Assembly (NCBI GenBank): GCA_002402995.1
Contig: DHGX01000004.1
Location: 85,186-149,185 of the forward strand
Reading direction: 5' to 3'
DNA length: 64,000 nt
DNA from: Patescibacteria group bacterium UBA4787
GTDB lineage: Bacteria > Patescibacteriota > Patescibacteriia > UBA2591 > UBA4787
Position numbers and translations under genes: made by a program. Position 1 is the first letter of the stretch; every line of letters begins with the position of its first letter. Below, piece by piece: positions 1 through 10,921 of the stretch. The notes below the pieces were generated by a model. The model ran no database searches. It was given only the letters and a program-made list of their open reading frames with translations, and was not told where the DNA came from.

Positions 1-66
1 GGTATCAAAAATCGCCAAAAAAGCAACCAAGTTGACTAAATGGGCAGCTCGGCATATTATGGTAAT

Positions 67-1089
67 ATGATGTTTAAAGAATCAATTTTATATCGAAAAT
101 TAAACAAACAAATAGTTCAATGCCAAACCTGCGCTCATTATTGCATTATCAAGCCCGGTGAGCGGGGTTTTTGCGGTGTACGAGAAAATCAAAATGGGAA
201 GCTTTATGTTTTAAATTATGGTAAGATTATCGCGCTTAATATCGATCCAATTGAGAAAAAACCACTATTCCATTTTTTGCCAGGCAGTCAGTCTTTGTCA
301 TTAGCTTCGGCCGGCTGTAATCTTGCCTGCGCGAACTGCCAGAATTGGGAAATTTCCCAGAGCCCGCGATTATATAAAAAAATAGAAGGAAACAATATTA
401 AACCGGTAGAAATTATTAAAATTGCTCGAGAAAATAATCTCCCATCAATTTCTTATACTTATACAGAGCCGACAATTTTTTTAGAATATGCGCTGGAAGT
501 AATGAAATTAGCAAAAAAAGAAAAGATAAAAAATGTTTGGGTCAGCAATGGTTTCATGTCTCCGGAATCGGCCAAGCTTGTCATCCCCCATCTCGCGGCC
601 AACAACATTGATCTCAAAAGCTTCTCAGATGATTTTTACCAGCAGAGTTGCGGGGCACGATTAGCGCCGCTCCTTGAAACATTAAAATTAATGAAAAGGG
701 GCGGAGTATGGCTGGAGATTACCACTTTGGTTATTCCCACTCTTACTGACACAGAAGAAAATTTTAGACAAATTGCCAAATTTATTTATGATCAATTAGG
801 CGCAGAAACTCCGTGGCACATCAGTCGTTTTTCCGGAGCAATTTCTTGGAAATTAAATAACCTGCCCGACACGCCGATAAAAACGCTAAAATTGGCTTAT
901 AAAATTGGCCAAGAAATCGGCCTTAAATATATTTACGTGGGCAATGCGACGGAATTAAATTTAGAAAATACTCATTGTCCCAAGTGCAACAATCTTTTAA
1001 TACGAAGAACGGGTTATGAGATTTTTCGTTTTGATAAAAACGGTAAATGTCCCAAATGTTACGAAAGTGTTAATCTAATCATTGATTAG
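67..1089 (+). CDS. amrS: AmmeMemoRadiSam system radical SAM enzyme
   Basis: CNLACANC radical SAM motif, N-terminal CQTCAHYC...GFCGVREN, DPIEKKPLFHF, C-terminal CPKC pairs; start placed at ATG 67. Confidence 0.9.
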   Translation: MMFKESILYRKLNKQIVQCQTCAHYCIIKPGERGFCGVRENQNGKLYVLNYGKIIALNIDPIEKKPLFHFLPGSQSLSLASAGCNLACANCQNWEISQSPRLYKKIEGNNIKPVEIIKIARENNLPSISYTYTEPTIFLEYALEVMKLAKKEKIKNVWVSNGFMSPESAKLVIPHLAANNIDLKSFSDDFYQQSCGARLAPLLETLKLMKRGGVWLEITTLVIPTLTDTEENFRQIAKFIYDQLGAETPWHISRFSGAISWKLNNLPDTPIKTLKLAYKIGQEIGLKYIYVGNATELNLENTHCPKCNNLLIRRTGYEIFRFDKNGKCPKCYESVNLIID

Positions 1090-1113
1090 ATAATATTTTA
1101 AACCTGTGGATAA

Positions 1114-1140
1114 TTAGCACTCTCCCTTGACGAGTGCTAA
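1114..1140 (+). promoter_or_regulatory. CIRCE element (HrcA operator) upstream of clpB
   Basis: Perfect TTAGCACTC-N9-GAGTGCTAA. Confidence 0.95.
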
Positions 1141-1155
1141 CGATTGTGTTATGAT
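1127..1155 (+). promoter_or_regulatory. sigma70 promoter of clpB overlapping CIRCE
   Basis: TTGACG-17 nt-TATGAT with extended TG. Confidence 0.75.
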
Positions 1156-1182
1156 TATTAAATAATTTTCAAATATTATTTT

Positions 1183-3813
1183 ATGAATAATTTTACCATT
1201 AAAGCTCAAGAAGCTTTGCAAAACGCCCAGAATATAGCTATAGAAAACAATCAACAGCAAGTTGACTCTGCTCATCTGGCTTTTTCTCTTCTTATTCAAG
1301 AAGAAGGGATTATTCCAACAATTTTACAAAAACTAGAAGCTGATTTTGATAAAATAAAAAATAAAATTTCAAAAATCATTGAATATATTCCGCAAACACA
1401 ATTGCCAGGTAGTGTCGGTTTAGCCGAAATGTTTATCACCCCCCTTCTTCAAAAGACGCTCTTTCAGGCGACCAAAGAAGCTCAACAATTTAAAGATGAA
1501 TACGTAAGCACCGAACATCTTTTTCTGGCTATTTTAATCGTACCGTCTATTATAAAAGACGTTTTTAAGGAATTTAACGTTGATCACGACAAGGTTTTGA
1601 AAGTATTGGTTACTATCCGCGGCAATGAAAAGATTACAGAACCGGAACCGGAAAGCAAATATCAGGCGTTAGAAAAATATACTACAAATTTAACCGATAT
1701 GGCTCGTCGCGGGAAAATTGATCCCGTTGTTGGAAGGGATGACGAAACGAGGAGGGTAATACAAATACTTTCTAGAAGAACAAAAAACAATCCGGTTTTA
1801 ATCGGTGAAGCCGGCGTTGGTAAAACCGCCATTGTCGAAGGATTAGCTCAAAGAATCGTAAGCGGAGAAGTGCCGGAATCCCTTAAAAATAAAGAATTAA
1901 TTTCTTTAGATTTAGGAGCTCTTATTGCCGGAACGAAATTTAGAGGCGAATTCGAAAATCGTCTAAAAGCTGTTTTAAAAGAAATTAATAAATCCGGTAT
2001 TTATATTTTATTTATTGACGAGCTGCACACCCTTGTAGGCGCCGGAAGCGCGGAAGGAGCGGTTGACGCTTCAAATATGTTAAAACCTGCGTTAGCGCGA
2101 GGAGAACTTCATTGCATCGGCGCTACCACCCTAAAAGAATATCAGAAATATATAGAAAAAGATCAAGCTTTTGAAAGAAGATTTCAACCGATTTATGTTG
2201 TCGAGCCATCAACAGAAGATGCAGTTGCTATTCTCAGGGGTATTAAAGAAAAATATGAAATTCATCATGGCATTAGAATTACCGACGATGCTATTACCGC
2301 AGCCGTTAAATTTTCCCAACGCTATATTACTGATCGCTTCTTACCGGATAAAGCTATTGACTTGATTGACGAATCCGCGTCTTCCTTAAGAATGGAGATC
2401 GAAAGCCAGCCGGAAGAATTAGACAAGCTAAAAAGAAAAATTAAACAATTAGAGATTGAAAAAACAGCCATCGGCAATGATAAAGGAGTCAAAGAGCAGA
2501 TTAAAAAAATAGAAAAAACCATGGCTGATCTAAAAGAGAAAGCGGTTGATTTTGAATTGAGATGGAGAACAGAAAAAGAATTAATTTTGAACATTAAATC
2601 GTTTAAAGGAAAGATTGATAATTTTAAACAAGAAGTTAAAGAGAACGAACGTCGAGGCGATCTTCAGAAAGTGGCAGAAGTTTTGTATGGTAAAATACCG
2701 GAAGCCGAAAAACAGCTTGGAGCAACACAAAACAAATTATCTAAATTGCAGAAAAATAAAAGAATTTTGAAAGAAGAAATTACCGAAGAAGATATTGCCA
2801 AAATAGTGTCTCGTTGGACTGGCATACCCATTAATAAAATGATGGAAGAAGAAACTAAGAAATTACTAGAGTTCGAAAACGAGATTCATAAACGATTAGT
2901 CGACCAGGAAGAAGCCGTTAAGGCCGTGGCTAACGCTATTAGAAGATCACGAAGCGGACTAGGAGAGGAAAATCGTCCAATCGCCTCTTTCATCTTTTTG
3001 GGTCCGACGGGTGTAGGAAAAACAGAATTAGCCAAGGCTTTGGCAGAATTTATATTTGATAGCGAATCAGCGCTAGTTCGTTTTGATATGTCTGAATATT
3101 CCGAAAAATATACCGTATCCAGAATGATCGGAGCGGCGCCAGGATATGTCGGTTATGAAGAAGGCGGACAATTAACAGAAATTATAAAGCGTCGTCCCTA
3201 TAGCGTTATTTTGTTTGATGAAATTGAAAAGGCTCATCCGGAAATCTTTAATATTCTATTGCAGATTTTAGACGACGGTCGTTTAACTGACGCGAAAGGC
3301 AGGACGATTAATTTCAAAAATACGATTATTGTTATGACATCGAATATAGGTAGCGAGATAATACAGGCGCACGTCAAAAGCGCCGGTGGTTTTGGTTTTA
3401 CGCCGAAAGAAGACAGCGCTCAGTCCAATAAAGACTTGCAAGAAAAAATAAATTCTCTGTTAAAAGAAAATTTTAAACCCGAGTTCTTAAATCGTGTTGA
3501 CGAAATTATTACTTTTCAATCGTTAAATAAAGATGATATTAAAAAAATCGTTGATCTTCAGCTTAACAAGGTAAATAAAAGATTAATTGAAAAGAGAATA
3601 GACCTGGAGATAACCGAATCTGCTAGAGCTTTAATTGCCGAGAAGGGCTATGATCCGGTTTTCGGTGCCCGACCGCTTAAAAGAGTCATTCAGAGAGAAA
3701 TTTTAGATCCACTATCCTTAGAAATAATTAAAAGTAAAATTAAAGAAGGAAGCGTAATCAAGGTTGACGCCGTTAATAATAAAATTTCTATTAGTAAAAT
3801 TAGTAAAAAATAG
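1183..3813 (+). CDS. clpB: ATP-dependent chaperone ClpB
   Basis: Two AAA+ domains ([17 protein letters not shown]), coiled-coil middle domain, [16 protein letters not shown]. Confidence 0.95.
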   Translation: MNNFTIKAQEALQNAQNIAIENNQQQVDSAHLAFSLLIQEEGIIPTILQKLEADFDKIKNKISKIIEYIPQTQLPGSVGLAEMFITPLLQKTLFQATKEAQQFKDEYVSTEHLFLAILIVPSIIKDVFKEFNVDHDKVLKVLVTIRGNEKITEPEPESKYQALEKYTTNLTDMARRGKIDPVVGRDDETRRVIQILSRRTKNNPVLIGEAGVGKTAIVEGLAQRIVSGEVPESLKNKELISLDLGALIAGTKFRGEFENRLKAVLKEINKSGIYILFIDELHTLVGAGSAEGAVDASNMLKPALARGELHCIGATTLKEYQKYIEKDQAFERRFQPIYVVEPSTEDAVAILRGIKEKYEIHHGIRITDDAITAAVKFSQRYITDRFLPDKAIDLIDESASSLRMEIESQPEELDKLKRKIKQLEIEKTAIGNDKGVKEQIKKIEKTMADLKEKAVDFELRWRTEKELILNIKSFKGKIDNFKQEVKENERRGDLQKVAEVLYGKIPEAEKQLGATQNKLSKLQKNKRILKEEITEEDIAKIVSRWTGIPINKMMEEETKKLLEFENEIHKRLVDQEEAVKAVANAIRRSRSGLGEENRPIASFIFLGPTGVGKTELAKALAEFIFDSESALVRFDMSEYSEKYTVSRMIGAAPGYVGYEEGGQLTEIIKRRPYSVILFDEIEKAHPEIFNILLQILDDGRLTDAKGRTINFKNTIIVMTSNIGSEIIQAHVKSAGGFGFTPKEDSAQSNKDLQEKINSLLKENFKPEFLNRVDEIITFQSLNKDDIKKIVDLQLNKVNKRLIEKRIDLEITESARALIAEKGYDPVFGARPLKRVIQREILDPLSLEIIKSKIKEGSVIKVDAVNNKISISKISKK

Positions 3814-3849
3814 TTATATTATAAGTCTCAATCCGTCGTCTGACGGAGA

Positions 3850-4641
3850 TTATAGTTTAAAGTTGGCTATTAAATAGCCAACTCCGAATGGTCCCTCGTA
3901 AGAAATGACCTCTGTTTTGTATTTGGTCTCAAACAGAATACTCATTAAAACCAGTAAAGAACGAAAACCGCATTCCCCTGCTTCTTCAAGAAGTGATTCG
4001 TCTAAGTCAAGCAAAGACTTAATTGCTGTTTTTGGTTTCTTGATTATATCAACAATTTTTTGGTCAAATATTATTCCCCGCGGTGAATAGCCGGCCGGCG
4101 CGTCAACCGTTAAGCGATGGGATAGGTCACCCGATGCGACAATAGCCACCTTCTTGTTAGATTTTAGGATTTCTTCTTTTAAAAGCGCGCCAAATTTTAT
4201 ATGTGTGTCGCGATCAAGTGAAGAATAACTCAGTGGTATTATGTTGAAATTGTTTAAATAGCGGCTTAAATAATAAAGAGGGACGCTTACGCCATGGTCT
4301 AGAATCTGATCGCTAATCATGGTTAGGGGTATTTTTGTTTCCATGCCTTCTCTTATTTGATGTGCCAACTTAATATCACCTTTAAATTTTAATTGCGTTG
4401 ATAAATCTCCGAAGTCTTTAAGGTTGCCGTAATAATCTTCGGATAAATTAATACAAAAAGCATCGCCGAATATCTGTCCGTGCGGTGAAATTATTATGAT
4501 CGTTTCCGGCGCGGCTTTGCCGATTTTTTTAGCTAATGTGCCAAATCCGCGAACCGTTTTTTTTATAAATTTTATATTTTCTTTCCCAACAGAAGGCACG
4601 GCAATGGGTGGATGAGGAACAAAGGCAGCAAAGTTTAACAT
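3850..4641 (-). CDS. amrB: AmmeMemoRadiSam system protein B (MEMO/LigB-like)
   Basis: PHPP, SPH, LDHG, ASGDLSH, AGECG, SYEGPFGVGY motifs. Confidence 0.85.
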   Translation of the reverse strand: MLNFAAFVPHPPIAVPSVGKENIKFIKKTVRGFGTLAKKIGKAAPETIIIISPHGQIFGDAFCINLSEDYYGNLKDFGDLSTQLKFKGDIKLAHQIREGMETKIPLTMISDQILDHGVSVPLYYLSRYLNNFNIIPLSYSSLDRDTHIKFGALLKEEILKSNKKVAIVASGDLSHRLTVDAPAGYSPRGIIFDQKIVDIIKKPKTAIKSLLDLDESLLEEAGECGFRSLLVLMSILFETKYKTEVISYEGPFGVGYLIANFKL

Positions 4642-4662
4642 AAATATTATAAATTTATGCGT

Positions 4663-6030
4663 TTAAAGAGTTGAACTTAAATCTAGGGTTTCACCATCCG
4701 AATGCAATCCTAACACCGTCAAAGAAGTTTCCAAGACATTGGTCCAACCATAGCCAAGCGCTAAAAAAGTTTCTTCATTGGCGATGGCTAGTTTTTTACC
4801 ATGAGATATCACATAAACGGTCGGGTTGTCGTTTAATTTCACGAGAGTTCCGTCGGCGAGTTTAATGGGGTCGCCAATTTTTAATAATTCTAATTCTGAA
4901 TTATTAATTTTATCCAGTGTTCGATAAGAAAAATTGTTATCTAGAATATCTTTTGAGATAATTGGATGAAAGGTGTCGTCGACTACGTAATAAACTGACC
5001 CAGTGTCTATATTTTGAATTAATGAACCGGTTGGATAAGGAGTATTAATCGTCGGCCCGTCTTGATATAGAGCCAGATCCTTTTTATTAACTTCGATAAT
5101 TTCTTCGGGGTTGATTCCTATTTTTTTAACTAATTCGTATCCGTTAAATTTTCTCTTTATGTTTTTAAAAACTAAATAAAAGTTACTTCCCTCTTTTAAA
5201 ACAGAATAGTCGGGAAATAGCATTGGTTCACCGATAGAATATTCAATGAAATCTTTTTGGCTGACGGTTTTGACTTTTTCGTAACTATGACTGGTTAAAA
5301 ATATATTTTTGGAATAGAATGGCCTTTTTGCGTTATTCTGTATAAGCCAAACGCCCGGCTCATTGGCAAGTTTGATTAAAGATCCTTCTGCTAAGGGACC
5401 TTCTTCGTAGCTGAACCATTTATTCCATATTTTCCAAAACAACTTATTGGCTTTAATATAAGGGGTGTAATTATACAGAGCAGCTGTGGCTAAATTTTGT
5501 GGGACAATTAAGCCGGCTGTGGTTTTTGAAGATTGTCCTGGGCGAAATTTAAATTCCCAAGGATGCTTTAAAAAATAATCTAATCGCCAGGCAGCGCTAT
5601 AAACTTGATTGGTAAAGCCCGCGAACCGACTAATGGGCTTCTGGCCGTCATAACAGGCAAAGCCGGTTGCCCAGTCTATTTGGCTTTGTTTTTCCGCTTT
5701 ATTGGTAACCAAAGACTGTTCTTTTTGAATTAAAGTTATTAGTGCTTTAGGATTTATTCCGTGTTTTTGACTGGCGCCAAAAATTATTTCTGAAGAATGT
5801 TTAATTTTGCCGTCTAAATCAGTTACATATAATTCGGCTAAAGCCCCACTCTGTTTTACTAAAAAATTATTTATTTCGTCTAAAGACATTGACTGCGAAT
5901 TAGTCAATTCAAAATCCGAAATAATATAATTTTGATTAAATTCAGAAGTCGCACCAAGCGCATTGCCACAAGGAAAAACGACAAGACCAATAAAAATAAT
6001 AAAAATAGTTTTTTTAATTATTCCATTCAT
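4663..6030 (-). CDS. Secreted protein with lysozyme-like/cell-wall-associated N-terminal domain and repeated C-terminal modules
   Basis: Signal peptide; GINPKALITLIQKEQSL and ATAALYNYTP motifs; repeats of type GSLIK...VWLIQN and GTLVK...VYVISHG. Confidence 0.6.
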   Translation of the reverse strand: MNGIIKKTIFIIFIGLVVFPCGNALGATSEFNQNYIISDFELTNSQSMSLDEINNFLVKQSGALAELYVTDLDGKIKHSSEIIFGASQKHGINPKALITLIQKEQSLVTNKAEKQSQIDWATGFACYDGQKPISRFAGFTNQVYSAAWRLDYFLKHPWEFKFRPGQSSKTTAGLIVPQNLATAALYNYTPYIKANKLFWKIWNKWFSYEEGPLAEGSLIKLANEPGVWLIQNNAKRPFYSKNIFLTSHSYEKVKTVSQKDFIEYSIGEPMLFPDYSVLKEGSNFYLVFKNIKRKFNGYELVKKIGINPEEIIEVNKKDLALYQDGPTINTPYPTGSLIQNIDTGSVYYVVDDTFHPIISKDILDNNFSYRTLDKINNSELELLKIGDPIKLADGTLVKLNDNPTVYVISHGKKLAIANEETFLALGYGWTNVLETSLTVLGLHSDGETLDLSSTL

Positions 6031-6045
6031 TCTTAGTTGGACTAT

Positions 6046-7572
6046 TTATTTTATTTTAAAAATATCTATTTCTTTTAAAGCGGTTTCGGCTAATTTGATA
6101 TGAAGTTGGCTGACAGTATACATCGTAAAAAGAATTTCGCCTTTTTTAATTTTATCCCCCACAACTTTATGAATATAAACACCCGCCTTTTTTTCGCTGG
6201 GCGCGCCCAGTAAACGGCAAATTTCTACTAGATTTTTATTATCAATGTCGATTATTCTGCCATTTTTTTTCGATTTAATAGCTAGTTGCACTGTGCCTTG
6301 TTGGATTCTTTCTGAATTAATATTTTGATTGCCTCCTTGCGCTTTAATAATTTCTTGCATTTTTCTCCAGGCCTTTCGGAGTCTTAAAGATTGTTCTGCT
6401 ATTAATATTCCTTTTCCTTTCGGCGCTTTTCCGCATAATTCCAATAATTTACCGGCTACAATCGTTGATTTTTTTTCTAAATCCATCGGTCTGTTTTCTT
6501 TTTGCTGAAGGACCCTTAAGATGTCTCTTGCTTCTAATGAAGGGCCGATACCTCGACCGATCGGTCCATTGGCCTTGCTAATGGCTACATAAATTTTCAC
6601 GCCGAATCTATTAGCAATATATTTGAATAAGGATTTTAATTCTCGAGCCTCTTTCATGTTTTTGACTTTCGCTGTTTTGCCCACAGGCATGTCGATAATT
6701 AAATATTTTGCCCCCATGGCTAGTTTTTTAGCCATAATACTCACTACCATTTTGGAAAAAGGTTCAATACCTAAATGATACATTGTTTTAAGAATACGAT
6801 CGTCGGCAGGCGCTAATTTTACTGCTCCGCCCCACACCAAACATCCGTTCGTCTTTTTCACCACCCTCTTAATTTTTTTTATATCTAATTGCACCGGAGC
6901 GATAACTTCAAAACTATCGGCTGTGCCGGCGGCCGAAGTAATGGCACGGGAAGATGTTTTGGGTATACAAATGCCTTCACCAGCCAAAATAGCCACTAAA
7001 ATTGGCGTAACTCTGTTGCCAGGCAGCCCCCCTACTGAATGTTTGTCGGCGACACGATTATTAAAATGAAGCATTTCGCCGGTTCCAGCCATCGCTTTGG
7101 TCAAAAAATACATTTCTTCGCGGCTGAAACTTGCTTTGTCAAAGGCGCTGGCCACAAAAAAGGCAATTTGCACTTCGTCCAATCTATGGTCAACTATATC
7201 TTTAATAATGGAATAAATTTCCGAATAAGAAAGGCGTCCACCTAATAATTTTTTTTGTATGGCTTTTACCGAAATCGGCTGCCCGGGCAATAAGAATTCG
7301 ATTAAATTATTATTTTGTATTTTATAAGTATTGGTAATATCCCTAAAGACTCCAACAAAACCGGGTTTAACCAAATCGATAGCTTCAGTAAGCGCTGTTA
7401 CGTTAACCATAACAACGGTTCTGTGTCTATGCCACTTAAAAATTAATTCGTCTCCGGACCGTAGACCGTAGCGCAGAGCATCTTTTTGGTGTAATACCAC
7501 AACCCATGGATGACCGGCTTGAATGTCGAGTTTCTTGGCGCGCAAGAAGATTTTATGACCGTTGTTATTCAT
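6046..7572 (-). CDS. AMP phosphorylase (thymidine phosphorylase family, archaeal AMPpase type)
   Basis: N-terminal extension, DKHSVGGLPGN, PKTSSRAITSAAGTAD, LAPADD, PIGRGIGPSLEARD. Confidence 0.9.
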   Translation of the reverse strand: MNNNGHKIFLRAKKLDIQAGHPWVVVLHQKDALRYGLRSGDELIFKWHRHRTVVMVNVTALTEAIDLVKPGFVGVFRDITNTYKIQNNNLIEFLLPGQPISVKAIQKKLLGGRLSYSEIYSIIKDIVDHRLDEVQIAFFVASAFDKASFSREEMYFLTKAMAGTGEMLHFNNRVADKHSVGGLPGNRVTPILVAILAGEGICIPKTSSRAITSAAGTADSFEVIAPVQLDIKKIKRVVKKTNGCLVWGGAVKLAPADDRILKTMYHLGIEPFSKMVVSIMAKKLAMGAKYLIIDMPVGKTAKVKNMKEARELKSLFKYIANRFGVKIYVAISKANGPIGRGIGPSLEARDILRVLQQKENRPMDLEKKSTIVAGKLLELCGKAPKGKGILIAEQSLRLRKAWRKMQEIIKAQGGNQNINSERIQQGTVQLAIKSKKNGRIIDIDNKNLVEICRLLGAPSEKKAGVYIHKVVGDKIKKGEILFTMYTVSQLHIKLAETALKEIDIFKIK

Positions 7573-7588
7573 AAATTTATATGTGATT

Positions 7589-8524
7589 TCATTTATTGTT
7601 TAAAATCCAAGGATATTTATTTTTTAAAGTTTTACGTAAATTTTTTGGTTTAATAATGCCAAATTCCGTTATAAAGCCGATAATGTATTTTGGCGGTATT
7701 AAATCAAAAGCGAAATTGACAATTTTTAATTTTTTAGGAGCTTGCGGCCAAATTTCTTTTGACGCGCGTTCTTCAATTTTAATCCATGAGGCGGGATGGA
7801 ATTTTAAAAGCGGAGCTGCCACATAAATCGGCACTTTTTCTGTAAATGCCGCAACGGCTATTCCAAAACTGCCAATTTTATTAATAGTCTCGCCATTATT
7901 TAAGATGGCGTCGGCTCCGATTATTATTTTATCAATCATTATCTTCTTTCCGGAATGGCGCGAAATTAAAAATCCAGCAGATGAATCGGTAACCATTGTG
8001 GTATTGACACCAGACTTAATTAATTGCTTGGAAGTAATTCGTCCTTGGAAAAATGGTCGTGTCTCGGTGTTAAAGACTCGAAACCTTTTATTTGATTTTT
8101 TAGCCGAGATAAGAATTTGCTCCACCAACCACGAATGACAATGGGTTAAAACGTTGTCATTGTTCTTTATGATTGATTTGCCGAACGGAATAATTAATTT
8201 AGCCGCATTTTCTATCAAGTGCAAGAATTTGTCGCTTGTTTTTTTGAGGCAATTTTTAGCTTGAACTGTGTCTTTAGGTTTAGTTTTTTTTAATTCTAAT
8301 AAAATGAATTTAACCCCATTTTGAGCCAAAGGCTCGGTTGGCCTGGCAGACAGCAAATAAAAAGCCGCTTTTTTTATGTTGGACTCCCATTCTTTAATCG
8401 TTTTAGACTGATAATTAATGCCATAGTCTCTAAGCGTAAAAATGATAGCCTTAGCTATAGCCGTAGCGCCCTGGATCTTCAGGGCTTTTATATCTCGATA
8501 TGTTTTTAGTAGTTTCTTTTCCAT
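7589..8524 (-). CDS. Ribose-1,5-bisphosphate isomerase (eIF-2B/e2b2 family)
   Basis: IQGAT, ARPTEP, LTHCHS, TETRP, GADAI, NKIGS, AFDLIP; start moved to MEKK (ATG 8524). Confidence 0.85.
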   Translation of the reverse strand: MEKKLLKTYRDIKALKIQGATAIAKAIIFTLRDYGINYQSKTIKEWESNIKKAAFYLLSARPTEPLAQNGVKFILLELKKTKPKDTVQAKNCLKKTSDKFLHLIENAAKLIIPFGKSIIKNNDNVLTHCHSWLVEQILISAKKSNKRFRVFNTETRPFFQGRITSKQLIKSGVNTTMVTDSSAGFLISRHSGKKIMIDKIIIGADAILNNGETINKIGSFGIAVAAFTEKVPIYVAAPLLKFHPASWIKIEERASKEIWPQAPKKLKIVNFAFDLIPPKYIIGFITEFGIIKPKNLRKTLKNKYPWILNNK

Positions 8525-8607
8525 AAAAATGTTATGATTATTTATAAGAGTAATTATACTCTCCGCCAGCTGGCGGATCACTCGTAAAATTACGCAATTT
8601 ATCCATT

Positions 8608-8694
8608 AATTATACCCGCTTCGCGGGTGAAATTGGGGCGCTCGGAGTCAAATCAAAAGAAGACTTTTGTCTGACATCCTCGCTACCAATTATA
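8608..8694 (-). mobile_element. Family B hairpin element copy B1 (short form) in a -10 box
   Basis: AATTATA at 8608-8614 and 8688-8694; on the minus strand an extended -10 TGGTATAAT is followed by GGTAGCGAGG...GCGAAGCGGG-TATAAT. Confidence 0.85.
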
Positions 8695-8724
8695 CCACAA
8701 TATAAAAAAATAGAGAATATAGTC

Positions 8725-9246
8725 ATGACGGATAAATATATAGAATTGGCTTTAAAAACAATAAAAACCTTTGTTAAAGACGACAAAATTATTAACGTAA
8801 ATACGCTTGAATTACCCAAAGAACTAACGGAAAAAAGAGCCGGTACTTTCGTCTCCGTGCATTTGAAAAATGGCGAATTAAGGGGCTGTATCGGCACTTT
8901 TTTGCCCGCGCGGCGCAATATCGCCGAAGAAATTATTTATAACGCGGTGGCCGCGGCTTCAGAAGATCCCAGGTTCTCGCCTATTCGGCCGGAGGAATTA
9001 GATAATTTGGAAATATCCGTTGACATTCTTTCTATGCCCGAGGCTGTTGATTCTGTGAAAAAATTAAATTATAAAAAATACGGCGTGATTGTTAGAAGCG
9101 GCAGAAAAAGCGGACTTTTATTGCCGGACTTAGAAGGAGTAAATACTGTTGAAGAGCAAATATCCATCGCCGCACGCAAAGCCGGGATTGATTTAGAGCG
9201 TGAAAAAATAGAATTATTCAGATTTTCCGTAGAACGACACGAATGA
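8725..9246 (+). CDS. amrA: AmmeMemoRadiSam system protein A (AMMECR1 domain)
   Basis: GTFVS, LRGCIGT, DPRF, GLLLPDLEGV. Confidence 0.9.
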   Translation: MTDKYIELALKTIKTFVKDDKIINVNTLELPKELTEKRAGTFVSVHLKNGELRGCIGTFLPARRNIAEEIIYNAVAAASEDPRFSPIRPEELDNLEISVDILSMPEAVDSVKKLNYKKYGVIVRSGRKSGLLLPDLEGVNTVEEQISIAARKAGIDLEREKIELFRFSVERHE

Positions 9247-9313
9247 AATAAAATTATAATAATTAAAAAGCTGGGAGTATCCCCTATTTTATGTTATAAT
9301 AGATAGTATTGAT

Positions 9314-9775
9314 ATGCCAAAAACAAACAAAAGGATTAAAAAGATTAAAGAAAAAAAGGAGGAATCACCGATTCAGCAAATCGTTAATCATTATTTTTAC
9401 AGCAAAGGTTTAAACTTGGAACAGATTAAAGACAACGCCCAAAAAAGAAGAATAATTTATTCTCGTTTCACCCGACCCGCCAAAGATCTTTTGGAACTGG
9501 CCGGCTCGGTTAAAAAAGCCGAGGCAGCCATTGATACGGTGGCTAATTGGGCAAAATCACGCCGCTTGGATTATACGATTGAAACAGTTTTTAAAAAATG
9601 GCTGGAGTTAGATCGTCTGCAACCCAAAGAAATAGTCAAAAAACCGTTTTACAACGATTTGCCGATGTTTTGGTCGGAGCGCGAAAAGAAGTGGTATGTG
9701 ATTCCCGAAGACGGAGAATGGAAAGAATTCGCCGGAGACGAGAAAGAAATAATCTGGAAAAAACAAAAAAAATAA
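9314..9775 (+). CDS. Hypothetical protein
   Basis: 153-aa ORF with a TATAAT shortly upstream; no motif recognised. Confidence 0.7.
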   Translation: MPKTNKRIKKIKEKKEESPIQQIVNHYFYSKGLNLEQIKDNAQKRRIIYSRFTRPAKDLLELAGSVKKAEAAIDTVANWAKSRRLDYTIETVFKKWLELDRLQPKEIVKKPFYNDLPMFWSEREKKWYVIPEDGEWKEFAGDEKEIIWKKQKK

Positions 9776-9788
9776 AAGGCGCTAAACA

Positions 9789-10733
9789 ATGAATCATCAA
9801 GATACAAAGTTAATATTTTTTGGCACCGGAAGCTTCGCCGAAATAATTTTAGATTACATAAAGAACGAATTCAAAAACATCTTAATTATAACCGAACCAG
9901 ACAAACCGGCCGGCAGGAAACAAATTTTAACCCCTTCGTTGGTTAAAGTTTTGGCGAATAAATATAACCTAGAGATTTGGCAACCGGACTCAATAAAAAC
10001 TCCGGAATTTATTCAACAAATAAAAGATCAAAAACCGGATATTATCTTGATTGCCGATTACGGGAAGATAATTCCTTTAGATATTATAAAAATACCGCAA
10101 TACGGTTCTTTGAATATTCATCCGTCTTTGCTTCCCAAATATCGCGGCTCCTCCCCTATCCAGAACACTATATTAAATAACGACCAAGAAACTGGCGCAA
10201 CGTTAATGCTGATTGATGAATCGGTTGACCACGGCCCGATAATAACTAATAACAGAATACAAATAACGAATAACAAAATTACTGCCGAAGAGTTGTCAAA
10301 AGAGCTGGCAGAATTAGGCGCAAAATTATTTATAGAGACATTGCCTTTGTGGATAAGCGGAGAAATTAAAGCTATTCCCCAAGATCATTCAATGGCTATT
10401 TTTACGAAAAAAATCAAAAAGGAAGACGGTTTAATTGATTGGTCGTTAAACGCAGAGGCAATAGACGCGCGTTTCCGCGCTTATCAGCCCTGGCCAGGTG
10501 TTTATACTTATTGGCGCAATCAACGCTTAAAAATTATTAAAGCGAATACCCTTGAAATAGACCACAAATTAATATTGGGAACTGTTTTTTTAACTGAAAA
10601 AAAAGAGTTGGCTGTCGCTTGCGGAAAAGACGCTCTAATTTTAGAAGAGGTTCAACTTGAGGGAAAAAAGAAAATAGCGGCTAAAATTTTTTTGAATGGT
10701 TGTCCGGGGGTAGTTGGTTCTATCTTAAAATAA
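9789..10733 (+). CDS. fmt: Methionyl-tRNA formyltransferase
   Basis: IFFGT, PDKPAGR, NIHPSLLPKYRGSSPIQ, DHGPI, RAYQPWPG. Confidence 0.95.
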   Translation: MNHQDTKLIFFGTGSFAEIILDYIKNEFKNILIITEPDKPAGRKQILTPSLVKVLANKYNLEIWQPDSIKTPEFIQQIKDQKPDIILIADYGKIIPLDIIKIPQYGSLNIHPSLLPKYRGSSPIQNTILNNDQETGATLMLIDESVDHGPIITNNRIQITNNKITAEELSKELAELGAKLFIETLPLWISGEIKAIPQDHSMAIFTKKIKKEDGLIDWSLNAEAIDARFRAYQPWPGVYTYWRNQRLKIIKANTLEIDHKLILGTVFLTEKKELAVACGKDALILEEVQLEGKKKIAAKIFLNGCPGVVGSILK

Positions 10734-10737
10734 AAAA

Positions 10738-10815
10738 GTCCGCCTTCTCCCGACCGAAGTCGGGATTCGGCGGATGTTCGATTTTGTGTTTTCGCTTCGC
10801 TTAAACAAAATCGGC
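10738..10815. repeat. Nested palindromes after fmt (possible terminator)
   Basis: GTCCGCC-TCCCGAC-CGAA-GTCGGGA-GGCGGAT followed by CGATTTTGT...CGCTTCGC...ACAAAATCG. Confidence 0.55.
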
Positions 10816-10921
10816 AAGAAATGTCGGCACAAGAATTTTTGATTGGCCATCATGATTTTTTAGGAAATAAAGGTGTGCTTTCCTTTGGATCTTTCTATCG
10901 GATATTTTTCTTCGTTCTTTT

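Noticed and set aside
8525-8581. MIRQLAE... N-terminal extension of the R15P isomerase
   Set aside because: It derives from the palindrome CTCCGCCAGCTGGCGGAT and an AT-rich UTR; homology starts near MEKK.
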